Shown here one piece after another: positions 1 to 9,275 of a stretch of DNA of 64,000 nucleotides; the first letter of the stretch is position 1, and every line of letters starts with the position of its first letter. The translations under genes and the position numbers were made by a program. The stretch is from Myxococcota bacterium (GTDB lineage Bacteria; Myxococcota_A; UBA9160; SMWR01): positions 38,827 through 102,826 of the forward strand of contig JASMKC010000029.1 of assembly GCA_030749415.1 (NCBI GenBank). The letters run 5' to 3'. Under the pieces are notes generated by a model. That model was not told where the DNA came from, ran no database searches, and worked only from the letters and a program-made list of their open reading frames with translations.

Positions 1-1
1 C

Positions 2-292
2 GCGCGCGTTGGTGTCGAGCACCGCCTTCGCCATCGAGCGGCGCAGGTCGACCAGTGCCGCGCAGTGGAACACCGCGTCGCAGCCCTTCATCGCCTCCGC
101 CACGGAGGTCTCATCGACGATGTCGCCCACCACGATCTGATCTTCCGGAATACCGATGCCGTGCGGGTCGAATACCCGGCGCACCTTGCTGCTGTCCCGA
201 ACGAGCAGGCGCACCGTGTGGCCGGCAGCCACGAACGCTTTCACCGTGTGGGACCCGGTGAACCCGGTCCCTCCCGTCACCATGACCTTCAC
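2..292 (-). CDS. NAD-dependent epimerase/dehydratase family protein (3' end outside window)
   Basis: Read manually, not in ORF track: GTG start 292 with GGAGG RBS; MKVMVTGGTGFTGSHTVKAFVAAGHTVRLLVRD...VGDIVD...GCDAVFHCAA has the extended-SDR Rossmann motif; runs off the left edge. Confidence 0.85.
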   Translation of the reverse strand, partial: MKVMVTGGTGFTGSHTVKAFVAAGHTVRLLVRDSSKVRRVFDPHGIGIPEDQIVVGDIVDETSVAEAMKGCDAVFHCAALVDLRRSMAKAVLDTNAR

Positions 293-363
293 CCCTATCC
301 TCCGCTGGGCCGAAGCCTAACCGAACCGTCGTTACCCCACGGCTGGACCAGTTCGGGAATCGG

Positions 364-579
364 TCAGCGTTCGGTGAGGGCGGCGATGAAGTCCGGATCG
401 TGCAGTGGATCAGCCGGCGGTCCCGCTTCCGGACCGCCGGTCCCGGTCAGGCGGTGGAACACGAAATCGTCGTCGCCCGGGATTGCGGTGTTGTTGCAGG
501 GCGGCGTGTGGCGGCGCGGCCGGTGCGTCGGACGCCCGTCACTCGAGGGCCACTCCAGGCGGAGCTTGAGGACTGTCAC
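364..579 (-). CDS. small hypothetical protein or gene remnant
   Basis: 71-aa ORF; the 3' half (NNTAIPGDDDFVFHRL...DPDFIAALTER) has GC3-rich coding-like codons; no family recognised. Confidence 0.3.
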   Translation of the reverse strand: MTVLKLRLEWPSSDGRPTHRPRRHTPPCNNTAIPGDDDFVFHRLTGTGGPEAGPPADPLHDPDFIAALTER

Positions 580-614
580 AGGGCGACGCCCCGGCCCGTT
601 TGACGGCCCACCGA

Positions 615-650
615 TTCAAGCGTAAATTTAAAGCGTTTCGCTTGAAGCGT
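615..650. promoter_or_regulatory. putative TetR (PsrA-like) operator, inverted repeat
   Basis: TTCAAGCG (615-622) / CGCTTGAA (639-646) inverted repeat, inner AAGCGtttCGCTT palindrome and three AAGCGT copies in an AT-rich patch just upstream of the TetR gene. Confidence 0.6.
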
Positions 651-672
651 TCGATTGGATCTGCCCCTCGAA

Positions 673-1320
673 ATGTCGACGACCAAGGACCGCATTCTCG
701 ATGCCACGGAGCGCCTGTTCGCGCGGCAGGGCATCGGTGCGACATCCCTGCGCGCAATCACGGCGGAGGCGGACGTCAACACGGCCGCGATCCACTACCA
801 CTTCGGGTCCAAACAAGAGCTGCTCGAGGCGGTGCTGGGGCGGCGCATTGCACCGCTCAACCAGGAGCGGCTCAAACGTCTGGAGCAGCTCGAGGTCGCT
901 GCGGGGGACAATCCTCTGCCGCCGCGTGAGCTGCTCGAGGCCTTCCTCGCTCCGGTCGTCGCACTGCGCACCGAATTTGGTGGGAACGTGCCGTTGCTCG
1001 GGAGTCTGATGGCGTGGCTGCGCATCGAGAGCGAGCGGGCGGCCGAGGGCATGCCCAGCCGCCACTTTGAAGACGTGAAGCGGCGCTTCGCCTCGGCGGC
1101 CTGCAAGGGACGCGACGATCTCTGTCCCGAAGAGGCAGTCGAACGCCTGGACTACGCAGTTGGTGCTATCGGTCGCGTCATGGTGGACGAGGGCTTTGCG
1201 ACAAATGCCGGTGCAGCCGTGACCACGGCGCTTTCCGATCGCGTCGATCGACTGGTCGCATTCCTCACGCCGGGATTTGCGGCTCGCGGTACCCGACACG
1301 GCGGTGGGGCTCCATCGTGA
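673..1320 (+). CDS. TetR/AcrR family transcriptional regulator (PsrA-like)
   Basis: MSTTKDRILDATERLFARQGIGATSLRAITAEADVNTAAIHYHFGSKQELL TetR HTH, followed by PsrA-like RRIAPLNQERL; alternative TTG start 655. Confidence 0.92.
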   Translation: MSTTKDRILDATERLFARQGIGATSLRAITAEADVNTAAIHYHFGSKQELLEAVLGRRIAPLNQERLKRLEQLEVAAGDNPLPPRELLEAFLAPVVALRTEFGGNVPLLGSLMAWLRIESERAAEGMPSRHFEDVKRRFASAACKGRDDLCPEEAVERLDYAVGAIGRVMVDEGFATNAGAAVTTALSDRVDRLVAFLTPGFAARGTRHGGGAPS

Positions 1321-2552
1321 GTGAAGGATCCCCGCGCGCGAAGCCGCCGCCGGAGCCGACGCCGCTCCGGGCTCGGCACGCGCCTGCAACGCGTGTCCGG
1401 CAGCTCTTCGTCGTCCTGGCGGTTCTGGCCTCTGGTGCGGTGTTGGTGGGGCTCGTCTTTTTCACCAAGGGGGAACCCACGACCGCTGCCCCGGCACCGC
1501 TGGTGCCCGCGGTGCGGGTGGCGGTCGCGGAGCCGGAAACGACCGGGCTCAGTGTCGTGACCCACGGAACCGTGGCGCCGCGCACCGAGAGCGAGCTGGT
1601 TGCAGAGGTACCCGGGCGCGTCGTGTTGGTCTCGCCTTCTCTGGAGGCGGGGGGCTTTTTCTCCGCGGGGGATGAGCTTCTTCGTCTCGATGGACGGGAG
1701 CACGAAATCGACGTGGAGCGAGCGCGCGCCTCGGTGAAATTAGCCAGCAGCGAGGCGCGTCTGGCAGATGCCGAACTAGCACGTCGCCGCGAGCTTTCGA
1801 AACGCGGCATCGCGAGCTCCGCGGATCTCGAGCAGTTCGAGAGTCGTGCGGCGGTCGCCCGCGCGAGCCTCGACCAGGTTGAGGCGAACCTGGCCCAGGC
1901 GGAACTCGACCTGGAGCGGACCGTCGTTCGCGCGCCCTTCGATGGGCGGGTGCGAGAACGTCGGGTCGACCTGGGACAGTTCGTGAGCCCCGGTGTTTCC
2001 CTCGCCCGGATCTTTGCCGTCGACTACGCCGAAGTGCGGCTTCCGATTCGCACCGAGGACCTATCCTACGTCGACGTACCGCTCGGCGTCGGAGTGGACG
2101 GCATCGCCGCCCTGGACGTCCCGGTCACGCTTCGCGCGGAACTTGGCGGCGAAGAGCGCGAGTGGCCAGCGCGACTCGTTCGTGCCGAGGGGGAGATCGA
2201 TCTCACGACCCGTATGTTGAATGTGGTTGCCCGGGTCGAGGATCCCTACGCACGCCATGCGAACGACAGATCGCCGCTACCGGTGGGCCTGTTCGTACGT
2301 GCAGAAATAGACGGGCGCCAGCTCGAAGCTGCCTACGTGCTCCCCACCATGGCAATTCGCGATCGGAATCGCGTGTTTCTGGCGGATGCTGACGACCGGT
2401 TGCGATTTCGTGATGTCAAAGTCGTGCGGCGTGCCGGAAACGAGGTCGTGATCGCTGCCGGGCTCGATCCGGGCGACCGGGTGATCGTCTCGCCGCTCCC
2501 GAACGTCACCGAGGGGATGCGGGTCCGCGCGCTACCCGCCGAAGCGCCTTGA
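1317..2552 (+). CDS. RND efflux periplasmic adaptor (membrane fusion protein)
   Basis: N-terminal TM, lipoyl halves (AEVPGRV; VRAPFDGRV), coiled hairpin, GLDPGDRVIVS; GTGA overlap with TetR. Confidence 0.93.
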   Translation: MSEGSPRAKPPPEPTPLRARHAPATRVRQLFVVLAVLASGAVLVGLVFFTKGEPTTAAPAPLVPAVRVAVAEPETTGLSVVTHGTVAPRTESELVAEVPGRVVLVSPSLEAGGFFSAGDELLRLDGREHEIDVERARASVKLASSEARLADAELARRRELSKRGIASSADLEQFESRAAVARASLDQVEANLAQAELDLERTVVRAPFDGRVRERRVDLGQFVSPGVSLARIFAVDYAEVRLPIRTEDLSYVDVPLGVGVDGIAALDVPVTLRAELGGEEREWPARLVRAEGEIDLTTRMLNVVARVEDPYARHANDRSPLPVGLFVRAEIDGRQLEAAYVLPTMAIRDRNRVFLADADDRLRFRDVKVVRRAGNEVVIAAGLDPGDRVIVSPLPNVTEGMRVRALPAEAP

Positions 2553-5500
2553 ACGCCATCATCGCCTGGTTCGCTCGCAACCACGTGGCGGCGAACCTGT
2601 TGATGTTCGGCATCGTGCTCGCGGGTCTCGGGTCCATTCCCTCGATCAAGCAGACGATCTTTCCCGACTTCGAGGTCAACTACATCTCGGTGACGGTGGT
2701 CTACCCGGGCGCCTCGCCGAGCGACGTGGAGAAGTCCATCACCCTGCGGCTCGAAGAGGAGATCCAGGACGTCGAGGGCATCCGGGAGATTCGGGCGACG
2801 GCGAACGAGGGCGCTACCAACCTGACCATAGAACTCGAGGAGGATGCCGACTTCGGGCGAGTCCTCACCGAGATCGGAACTCGAATCGACGGTATCGACA
2901 CGCTGCCCGAAGAAGCGGAGCAGCCCATCGTCTCGGAGCTGGCGTTCAGCCACGAGGTGCTCAGCATCGCGGTGCACGGCGAGGCCGACGAGTACACACT
3001 CACCCGCATTGGGCAGCAGGTGCGCGATGGGATCGCGGCGCTGCCCGGCGTCTCGAAGGTGAAGCTCACCGGCGTTCGGCCTTACGAAATCTCGATCGAG
3101 GTCTCCGAATTCGCGCTCCAACGTCACGGCCTGCGTTTTGACGATGTCGTCCGGGCCGTGCGTCGATCCTCGGTGGACCTGCCCGGCGGCTCGGTCAAGA
3201 CCGACTCGGGCGAGATCCTGCTGCGCACCGAGGGGCAGGCCTACAGCGGGGAGGAGTTTGCGCGGATCGCGCTGCTCACGCAGTCCGACGGCTCCCGCGT
3301 CCTGGTCGGCGATGTGGGGACGGTGATCGACGGTTTCGAGGAGGGCGACAAGTTTTCGCGCTTCGACGGCTCCCCATCCGTGATGATCGATGTCTTCCGT
3401 GTCGGGAAACAGCAGGCGACCGAGATTTCCCGCGAGGTTCGGGAGTACCTGGAGCGGGTTCGCACAGAGCTTCCCGAAGGCGTGCGGCTCACGGTATGGG
3501 ACGACGACTCGCAGTACCTCGCCGATCGGCTCGCGATGATGATGGGGAACGCTGTTTACGGCTTCCTGCTGGTGGTCGTCCTGCTCGCGGTCTTCCTCAA
3601 GCTGCGCGCTGCGTTCTGGGTGGCGCTCGGTGTTCCCATCTCGGTGTGCGGCGCGTTTGCCCTCATGCCCGTGTTCGATCTCGACATCAACCTGTTGACC
3701 GCCTTCTCGTTCATCATGGCGCTCGGGATCCTGGTCGATGACGCCATCGTCACGGGCGAGAACATCTGCACCCACCAGGAGCGTGACCCATCTGATCTGA
3801 TCGGAGGAGCAATCCGCGGCACCCAGGAGATTGCGACGCCCGTGATTTTCGGCGTTCTGACGACGATCGCCGCCTTCGCACCCTTTACGTTGATCGGTGG
3901 CCACACGCGGTTCATGGCGCTCGGTATCAGCGGCGTAATGATGGTGGCGCTCGGCTTCTCCCTCGTCGAGTCGAAGCTCGTACTCCCCTCGCACCTGGCC
4001 CACGGGTCCGGTGTCGGGCATGAGCCGACGAGCGGCATCTCCATTGCCTGGGCGCGTTTCCAGGCGCGTGTCTCGCGCGGCCTGAATCGCTTTGTCGAAA
4101 ACATCTACGCGCCGGCGGTGAAATACTGCATTGAGTGGCGGTACGTGACAGCGGCGGTCTCGAGCGTTCTCTTCATCCTCAGCCTGTCTCTGCTCGCGAG
4201 CGGGCACATCAAGACATCGATGATGCCACCCATGATGGCGGACAGCGTATGGGCGAAGCTTCGCATGCCGCTGGGCACACCCGTGGCGCAGACGAGGGCG
4301 GTGGTCGAACGACTCGAAGCGACGGCCGGAGAGCTGGGACTGGAGCTCGATGCGAGTCGCCGGGGAGACGAGCCCCAGATGCTGCGGCACACGCTGAGCA
4401 TGGTGGGCGAGCAATCCGGAAGCGGACTGGGAAGGCGGCCGAGCTCTTCGGGGCAGTCCCACCTCGGGCAAGTGAGCGTGGAGCTCAGCCCATCGGAGGT
4501 CCGCAGCATCAGTGCCCCGGAGATCGCGGCCCAATGGCGCGAACGAGCCGGTGCCATTCCGGGTGCGGAGGAGCTCACCTTTGCCGGCCAATTCCGCCGG
4601 TTCGGGGATCCGATCGTCGTGGAACTCCGGGGAGACGATGAGGTCGCCCTCGAAGGCGCGGCGGGAAAGGTTGCGGCGGCGCTGATGTATTACCCGGGTG
4701 TATCCGACATCCGGGATTCGAGCCAGCAGGGCAAGCAGGAACTCAAGATCTCGATCCTCCCCGGAGCGGAAGCCCTGGGGCTGAGTCTCGACGATGTCGG
4801 CCGGCAGGTGCGGCAGGCCTTCTACGGCGCCGAAGTCCAACGTCTTCAGCGCGGTCGCGACGAGGTGAAGGTGATGGTTCGTTACCCCGCCAGCGAGCGG
4901 CGCTCCCTTTCCGATGTGGAGAACATGCGTGTCCGGCTTCCCGATGGGACGGCGGTTCCGTTCCGGTCGGTGGCTTCAGCCGAGATGGGTCGGGGACCGT
5001 CTTCCATCGTTCGCAAGAACCGCTACCGGACGGTGTCCGTAAGCGCTGACGTGAAGGGAGATAGCAACGCCAACGAAATCGTCGCACAGCTGACACGCGA
5101 CGTGCTGCCCGGGATTCTCGCGGAGTATCCGGATGTCACCTACGTGATGGAGGGCGAGCAGAAGGAGCAGGGGGAGGCGTTTGCGGGTTTCAGGACCGCA
5201 TTCCTGGTGGCTCTGCTGACGATCTACGCGCTGCTCGCGATCCCGCTGCGATCTTATCTGCAGCCGATCTTCATCATGACCGTGATTCCCTTCGGGTACG
5301 TCGGTGCGGTGGTGGGTCACCTGATTACGGGAAACGGCATGAGCATGTTCTCGTTCATCGGCGTGATGGCGGCGGCCGGGGTGGTGGTGAACGACAGCCT
5401 GGTGCTCGTGACCTTCCTGAACCGGATGCACGATGCGGGGATCTCGCTCGAGGAGGCGGCGGAACGGGCCGGCCAGGTCCGCTTCCGCGCCATCATGCTG

Positions 5501-5734
5501 ACCTCGCTGACGACCTTTGCGGGCCTGACGCCGATCATGCTCGACGCAACGACCCAGGCGCAGTTCGTCATCCCCATGGCAATTTCCCTGAGCTTTGGCG
5601 TGGTGGTCGCGAGTGTTTTCACCCTGCTGCTGGTGCCCGCGGTGGTGCTGATTGCCGAGGACCTGCGGCAGGCGTTCCGGCGAATCGCTCGGCGGGTCGG
5701 CGGGGCCGCCTCGCAGGTGGCAACTCGGATCTAG
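2549..5734 (+). CDS. RND efflux transporter permease (AcrB/AcrD/AcrF family)
   Basis: 1061 aa; WFARNHVAANLL, YPGASP, LGILVDDAIVTGEN, GVVVNDSLVL, RFRAIMLTSLTT. Confidence 0.95.
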   Translation: MNAIIAWFARNHVAANLLMFGIVLAGLGSIPSIKQTIFPDFEVNYISVTVVYPGASPSDVEKSITLRLEEEIQDVEGIREIRATANEGATNLTIELEEDADFGRVLTEIGTRIDGIDTLPEEAEQPIVSELAFSHEVLSIAVHGEADEYTLTRIGQQVRDGIAALPGVSKVKLTGVRPYEISIEVSEFALQRHGLRFDDVVRAVRRSSVDLPGGSVKTDSGEILLRTEGQAYSGEEFARIALLTQSDGSRVLVGDVGTVIDGFEEGDKFSRFDGSPSVMIDVFRVGKQQATEISREVREYLERVRTELPEGVRLTVWDDDSQYLADRLAMMMGNAVYGFLLVVVLLAVFLKLRAAFWVALGVPISVCGAFALMPVFDLDINLLTAFSFIMALGILVDDAIVTGENICTHQERDPSDLIGGAIRGTQEIATPVIFGVLTTIAAFAPFTLIGGHTRFMALGISGVMMVALGFSLVESKLVLPSHLAHGSGVGHEPTSGISIAWARFQARVSRGLNRFVENIYAPAVKYCIEWRYVTAAVSSVLFILSLSLLASGHIKTSMMPPMMADSVWAKLRMPLGTPVAQTRAVVERLEATAGELGLELDASRRGDEPQMLRHTLSMVGEQSGSGLGRRPSSSGQSHLGQVSVELSPSEVRSISAPEIAAQWRERAGAIPGAEELTFAGQFRRFGDPIVVELRGDDEVALEGAAGKVAAALMYYPGVSDIRDSSQQGKQELKISILPGAEALGLSLDDVGRQVRQAFYGAEVQRLQRGRDEVKVMVRYPASERRSLSDVENMRVRLPDGTAVPFRSVASAEMGRGPSSIVRKNRYRTVSVSADVKGDSNANEIVAQLTRDVLPGILAEYPDVTYVMEGEQKEQGEAFAGFRTAFLVALLTIYALLAIPLRSYLQPIFIMTVIPFGYVGAVVGHLITGNGMSMFSFIGVMAAAGVVVNDSLVLVTFLNRMHDAGISLEEAAERAGQVRFRAIMLTSLTTFAGLTPIMLDATTQAQFVIPMAISLSFGVVVASVFTLLLVPAVVLIAEDLRQAFRRIARRVGGAASQVATRI

Positions 5735-5832
5735 GGCCAGCGCTCTGCGCCCCGGCACGAACCGGTGCGCCCGGAGTACCCTTCGCACACCCCGGACTGC
5801 TAATCTGGGTTCGAGAGACATCCGATCCGGGA

Positions 5833-5997
5833 ATGAGGCGGTGCGTCGAGGAGTTCCTCGCGGTGATGCTCGATGCGTTCGGCGCCGTTGGCCTGGTTGG
5901 ACTGGCGGCGAAGCCACGCGTGGTCGAAGAGGCCTTCGAACGCCATCTCCCGGCTCGCGTTCCGCAGAGTTGCCCCACTTGCGCTGCGCTGTCGTGA
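5833..5997 (+). CDS. putative 54-aa small protein with C-terminal CxxC
   Basis: Read manually: MRRCVEEFLAVMLDAFGAVGLVGLAAKPRVVEEAFERHLPARVPQSCPTCAALS*; GC3-rich; its TGA overlaps an in-frame GTG (5994) of the cytochrome gene. Confidence 0.35.
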   Translation: MRRCVEEFLAVMLDAFGAVGLVGLAAKPRVVEEAFERHLPARVPQSCPTCAALS

Positions 5998-8240
5998 CTC
6001 TCGCCGTTCTGGCCGTGGCGACGGCCTGCGGCGATGCACACACTCCCGCACCGCCGCGTTCCCCCGTCGCTGCACCGGCCTACGTCGGGAGTGCAATCTG
6101 TGGGAGTTGTCACGCCGAGGTACTAGGGCGCTGGACCGGGTCGCACCACGACCTGGCCATGCAGCCGGCAAGCGAGGGCAACGTGCTCGGCGACTTCGAC
6201 GCTGCCGAGGTTACGCACTTTGGAATCACCACCCGGTTCTTCCGGCGCGCAGACGCCTACTTCGTGCGGACCGAGGGGCCCGACGGTGAGATGGCGGATT
6301 TCGAGGTCGCCTTCGTGTTCGGGGTCGCACCGCTCCAGCAACTCCTGATCGCTCGGCCCGGCGGACGCTTGCAGGTGCTGGGCCTTGCCTGGGATGCGCG
6401 GCCGGCCGAGGTGGGTGGGCAGCGCTGGTTTCCCCTCTATCCGGAAGAGCGCATTGCCCCGGGTGACCCGCTCCACTGGACGGGGCGCGCGCAGCGCTGG
6501 AACCTCATGTGTGCGGAGTGCCATTCGACGGGTCTGCGCCGTGGCTACCGCCCGGAGATCGATGGCTACGAGACGACTTGGGAGGAGATCGACGTCTCCT
6601 GCGAAGCGTGCCACGGCCCGGGGTCCGGGCACGCCGAGAGCGACGGGGGGGAGGCCCTTCCGGTCGACTTTGGCGACCCCGGAACCTGGCAGCGTGCGCC
6701 GGGAGATCGCGTAGCCCATCGCGTGCCGCCGCGTGCGAGCCACACCGAACTCGAGACCTGCGCTCCCTGTCACGCGCGTCGTTCCCGGCTCGTCGACGAC
6801 GCGCAGCCCGGGGACCGGCTGCTCGATGGCTTCCTGCCCGCGGTCCTCGAAGAGGGGCTCTACCACGCCGACGGGCAGATCCTGGGCGAAGTCTACGTTT
6901 ACGGCTCGTTCCTCCAGAGCCGCATGTTCGCTGCCGGTGTCACGTGCAGCGACTGCCACGAACCCCATGGACTTTCGCTGCGTGCCGAGGGCAATGCGCT
7001 GTGTACGCGCTGTCACTCGGCGGAGCGTTACGACGCGCCGGCGCACCACCATCACGCCGCCGAGGACGCGGGCTCGCGCTGCGTCGACTGTCATATGCCG
7101 GCGCGTGTCTACATGGGGGTGGATGCCCGTCGAGACCACGGCTTCCGCGTTCCGCGTCCGGATCTGGCGGCGGAGCTCGGGGTGCCCGATGCGTGCAGCG
7201 GCTGTCACGCCGATCGCACGCCGGAGTGGGCCGCCGAGCAAGTGGTTCAGTGGCGGGGCGGTGCGGCGTCTCCGCACTTTGCCCTTGCGATCAACGCGGC
7301 GCGGCGAGGACTTCCGGGTGCGGAGGCTGCGCTCGCGGCGCTCGTCGGCGACGTTCGCCAGCCCCCGATCGTGCGCGCCAGCGCGCTCCGGCTCCTGGGC
7401 GACCTCTTGTCTCCGGCATCGGTGGACGTGGTCGTGGCCTCACTGCGCGATGCCGATGCCGCGGTGCGGTTGGCCGCCGCCGGGGCCACCGCAGCGGTAG
7501 ATCCGGGCACCCGGGCCGCCTGGCTCGCTCCGCTGCTATCGGATCCCGTCCGCGCCGTGAGGATCGAGACTGCACTCGCGCTGGCGGACGTGCCGCCCGA
7601 GTTGCTCCCGGAGCACGACCGCGCCGCGCTCGAGACCTCCCTCACCGAGTACCGCGACGCCCAGTGGGCCAACGCAGATCGCCCCGAGGCGCACCTCAAC
7701 CTGGGAATCCTCGCCGCTGCGCGCGGGAACACCCGCCGGGCCACTGCGGCGTACGAGCGCGCCATCGCTCTCGAGCCCGGCTTTGTCGCTGCTCACGTGA
7801 ACCTCGCAGATCTCCACCGGGCGACCGGTCGTGACGACTACGCCGAGCAGGCTCTGACGCGTGCCCTCGATCTGGCGCCAGATGCCCCGGACGTCCTGCA
7901 CGCGCTCGGGCTCTTGCGCGTGCGCCAGGGGCGCCTCGATGCGGCCCTGGAGTTGCTGCGCCGCGCTGCCGAGGCGGACCCGGAACACACCCGGTACGCG
8001 ACCGTCTATGGCGTCGCACTCCATTCCGATGGCCGCAGTGTCGAGGCTCTGGAAGTTCTCGAGGCGGCGCGGGCAGGGCGGCCTGCCGATCGCCGGTTGC
8101 TCTACGCACTGGCGACGATCTCGCGCGATGCCGGCCACACCGAGGCGGCGCTGGGCTACGCCCACGCGCTGCGCGAACTGCGCCCCGGGGACTCGGGTAC
8201 AGCGGCACTGATTCGGGAACTCGAGGCAGATCGCGAGTGA
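5970..8240 (+). CDS. octaheme c-type cytochrome with HEAT and TPR repeats, probable lipoprotein
   Basis: Eight CxxCH motifs (CGSCH, CAECH, CEACH, CAPCH, CSDCH, CTRCH, CVDCH, CSGCH), HEAT-like segment, C-terminal TPRs; LAVATAC lipobox-like. Start uncertain (TTG 5970/5979 or GTG 5994). Confidence 0.88.
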   Translation: MPHLRCAVVTLAVLAVATACGDAHTPAPPRSPVAAPAYVGSAICGSCHAEVLGRWTGSHHDLAMQPASEGNVLGDFDAAEVTHFGITTRFFRRADAYFVRTEGPDGEMADFEVAFVFGVAPLQQLLIARPGGRLQVLGLAWDARPAEVGGQRWFPLYPEERIAPGDPLHWTGRAQRWNLMCAECHSTGLRRGYRPEIDGYETTWEEIDVSCEACHGPGSGHAESDGGEALPVDFGDPGTWQRAPGDRVAHRVPPRASHTELETCAPCHARRSRLVDDAQPGDRLLDGFLPAVLEEGLYHADGQILGEVYVYGSFLQSRMFAAGVTCSDCHEPHGLSLRAEGNALCTRCHSAERYDAPAHHHHAAEDAGSRCVDCHMPARVYMGVDARRDHGFRVPRPDLAAELGVPDACSGCHADRTPEWAAEQVVQWRGGAASPHFALAINAARRGLPGAEAALAALVGDVRQPPIVRASALRLLGDLLSPASVDVVVASLRDADAAVRLAAAGATAAVDPGTRAAWLAPLLSDPVRAVRIETALALADVPPELLPEHDRAALETSLTEYRDAQWANADRPEAHLNLGILAAARGNTRRATAAYERAIALEPGFVAAHVNLADLHRATGRDDYAEQALTRALDLAPDAPDVLHALGLLRVRQGRLDAALELLRRAAEADPEHTRYATVYGVALHSDGRSVEALEVLEAARAGRPADRRLLYALATISRDAGHTEAALGYAHALRELRPGDSGTAALIRELEADRE

Positions 8241-8249
8241 CTCCCGCGC

Positions 8250-8377
8250 TCAGTCCAAGGCGGGTTCGGGCGGGTACGCGTGCAGCCGGGGCAGCAGCTT
8301 GTCCGCGAAGAGCTGCACGCTCGCCTTGGCCACACCTCGAACTCGCAGCGGGCGAGGCCCCGGCCGATGCTGTGCAG
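8250..8377 (-). pseudogene. possible remnant of an LLM-class oxidoreductase gene
   Basis: Two out-of-frame fragments resembling LLM segments: SIGRGLARCEFE and C-terminal AKASVQLFADKLLPRLHAY*. Confidence 0.35.
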
Positions 8378-8525
8378 CGCAGGTCCCCCCACGCGAGGCG
8401 TTCCCCCTTCGCCACTGCCCGCGGCCGAGTCGCCACTCTGCCCGCTCCGGCGGCGCCACGGGGAATCTCCAGCTGAACTATGATAGCCGGCCCGGCGCGG
8501 ACAGCGGTCCGGGACAGGAGGTCCA

Positions 8526-9275
8526 ATGCGACGTTTCGAGGGCAAGGTGGTGTTTCTCACGGGTGCCTCGGCAGGAATCGGACGGGCGACGGCGGAGCGT
8601 CTCGCCGAGGAGGGGGCGAGTCTCTACCTGGTCGACGTGGCGCGCGATGGGCTGGACGAGACCGCAAAGCTGTGCGCCGAGCACGGGGCGGAGGTTGCCC
8701 AGGACCTCTGCGACGTCTCGGACGAGGAGCAGGTGCACGCGAACATCGCCGCCTGTGTGGAACGGTTCGGGCGGCTCGACGTGTTGGTGAACGTGGCGGG
8801 CATCTTGCTGCTCGAACACTTCGAGAAGATTCCCGTCGAGAAGTTTCGCAGGATTCTGGATGTGAATCTGATCGGCACGTTTCTGTTGTGCCAGGCTGCA
8901 ATTCCCCATCTGCGAGAAAGCGGCGGCAACATCGTCAACACGTCTTCGACCTCGGCGCTGGCCGGCATGCCCTACGGCGCCGCCTACGGCTCGAGCAAGG
9001 GCGGAGTCAGCGCCCTGACGCGAACGCTCGCGGTGGAATTCGCCCGGCAGGGGATCCGTTGCAATGCCGTCGTTCCGGGATCGATCCTCACGGCGATGGG
9101 CAGCGGTGACAACCTTCCGGAGGACACCGACATGCAGCTCGTGATGCGCGCGACCGCCCTCGACAAGCCGCGCAAAGCCGAGGTCGTTGCGGGACTCATC
9201 GCCATGCTCGCCAGCGAGGACGGTGCCCACATCAACGGTGAGGAGATCCGTGTCGATGGGGGGACGCTCTCGTGA
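8526..9275 (+). CDS. SDR family oxidoreductase
   Basis: TGASAGIG, NVAG, YGSSK catalytic motif; AGGAGG RBS. Confidence 0.93.
   Translation: MRRFEGKVVFLTGASAGIGRATAERLAEEGASLYLVDVARDGLDETAKLCAEHGAEVAQDLCDVSDEEQVHANIAACVERFGRLDVLVNVAGILLLEHFEKIPVEKFRRILDVNLIGTFLLCQAAIPHLRESGGNIVNTSSTSALAGMPYGAAYGSSKGGVSALTRTLAVEFARQGIRCNAVVPGSILTAMGSGDNLPEDTDMQLVMRATALDKPRKAEVVAGLIAMLASEDGAHINGEEIRVDGGTLS

Noticed and set aside
2333-4840. 835-aa minus-strand ORF and many other long antisense ORFs (e.g. 19996-21657, 42520-44121, 59860-61293)
   Set aside because: Shadow ORFs opposite well-supported genes, expected in high-GC DNA; no family motifs.
5752-5768. CGGCACGAACCGGTGC as a sigma54 promoter for the cytochrome
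   Set aside because: GG-to-GC spacing is off by one and the TTGC element is missing.
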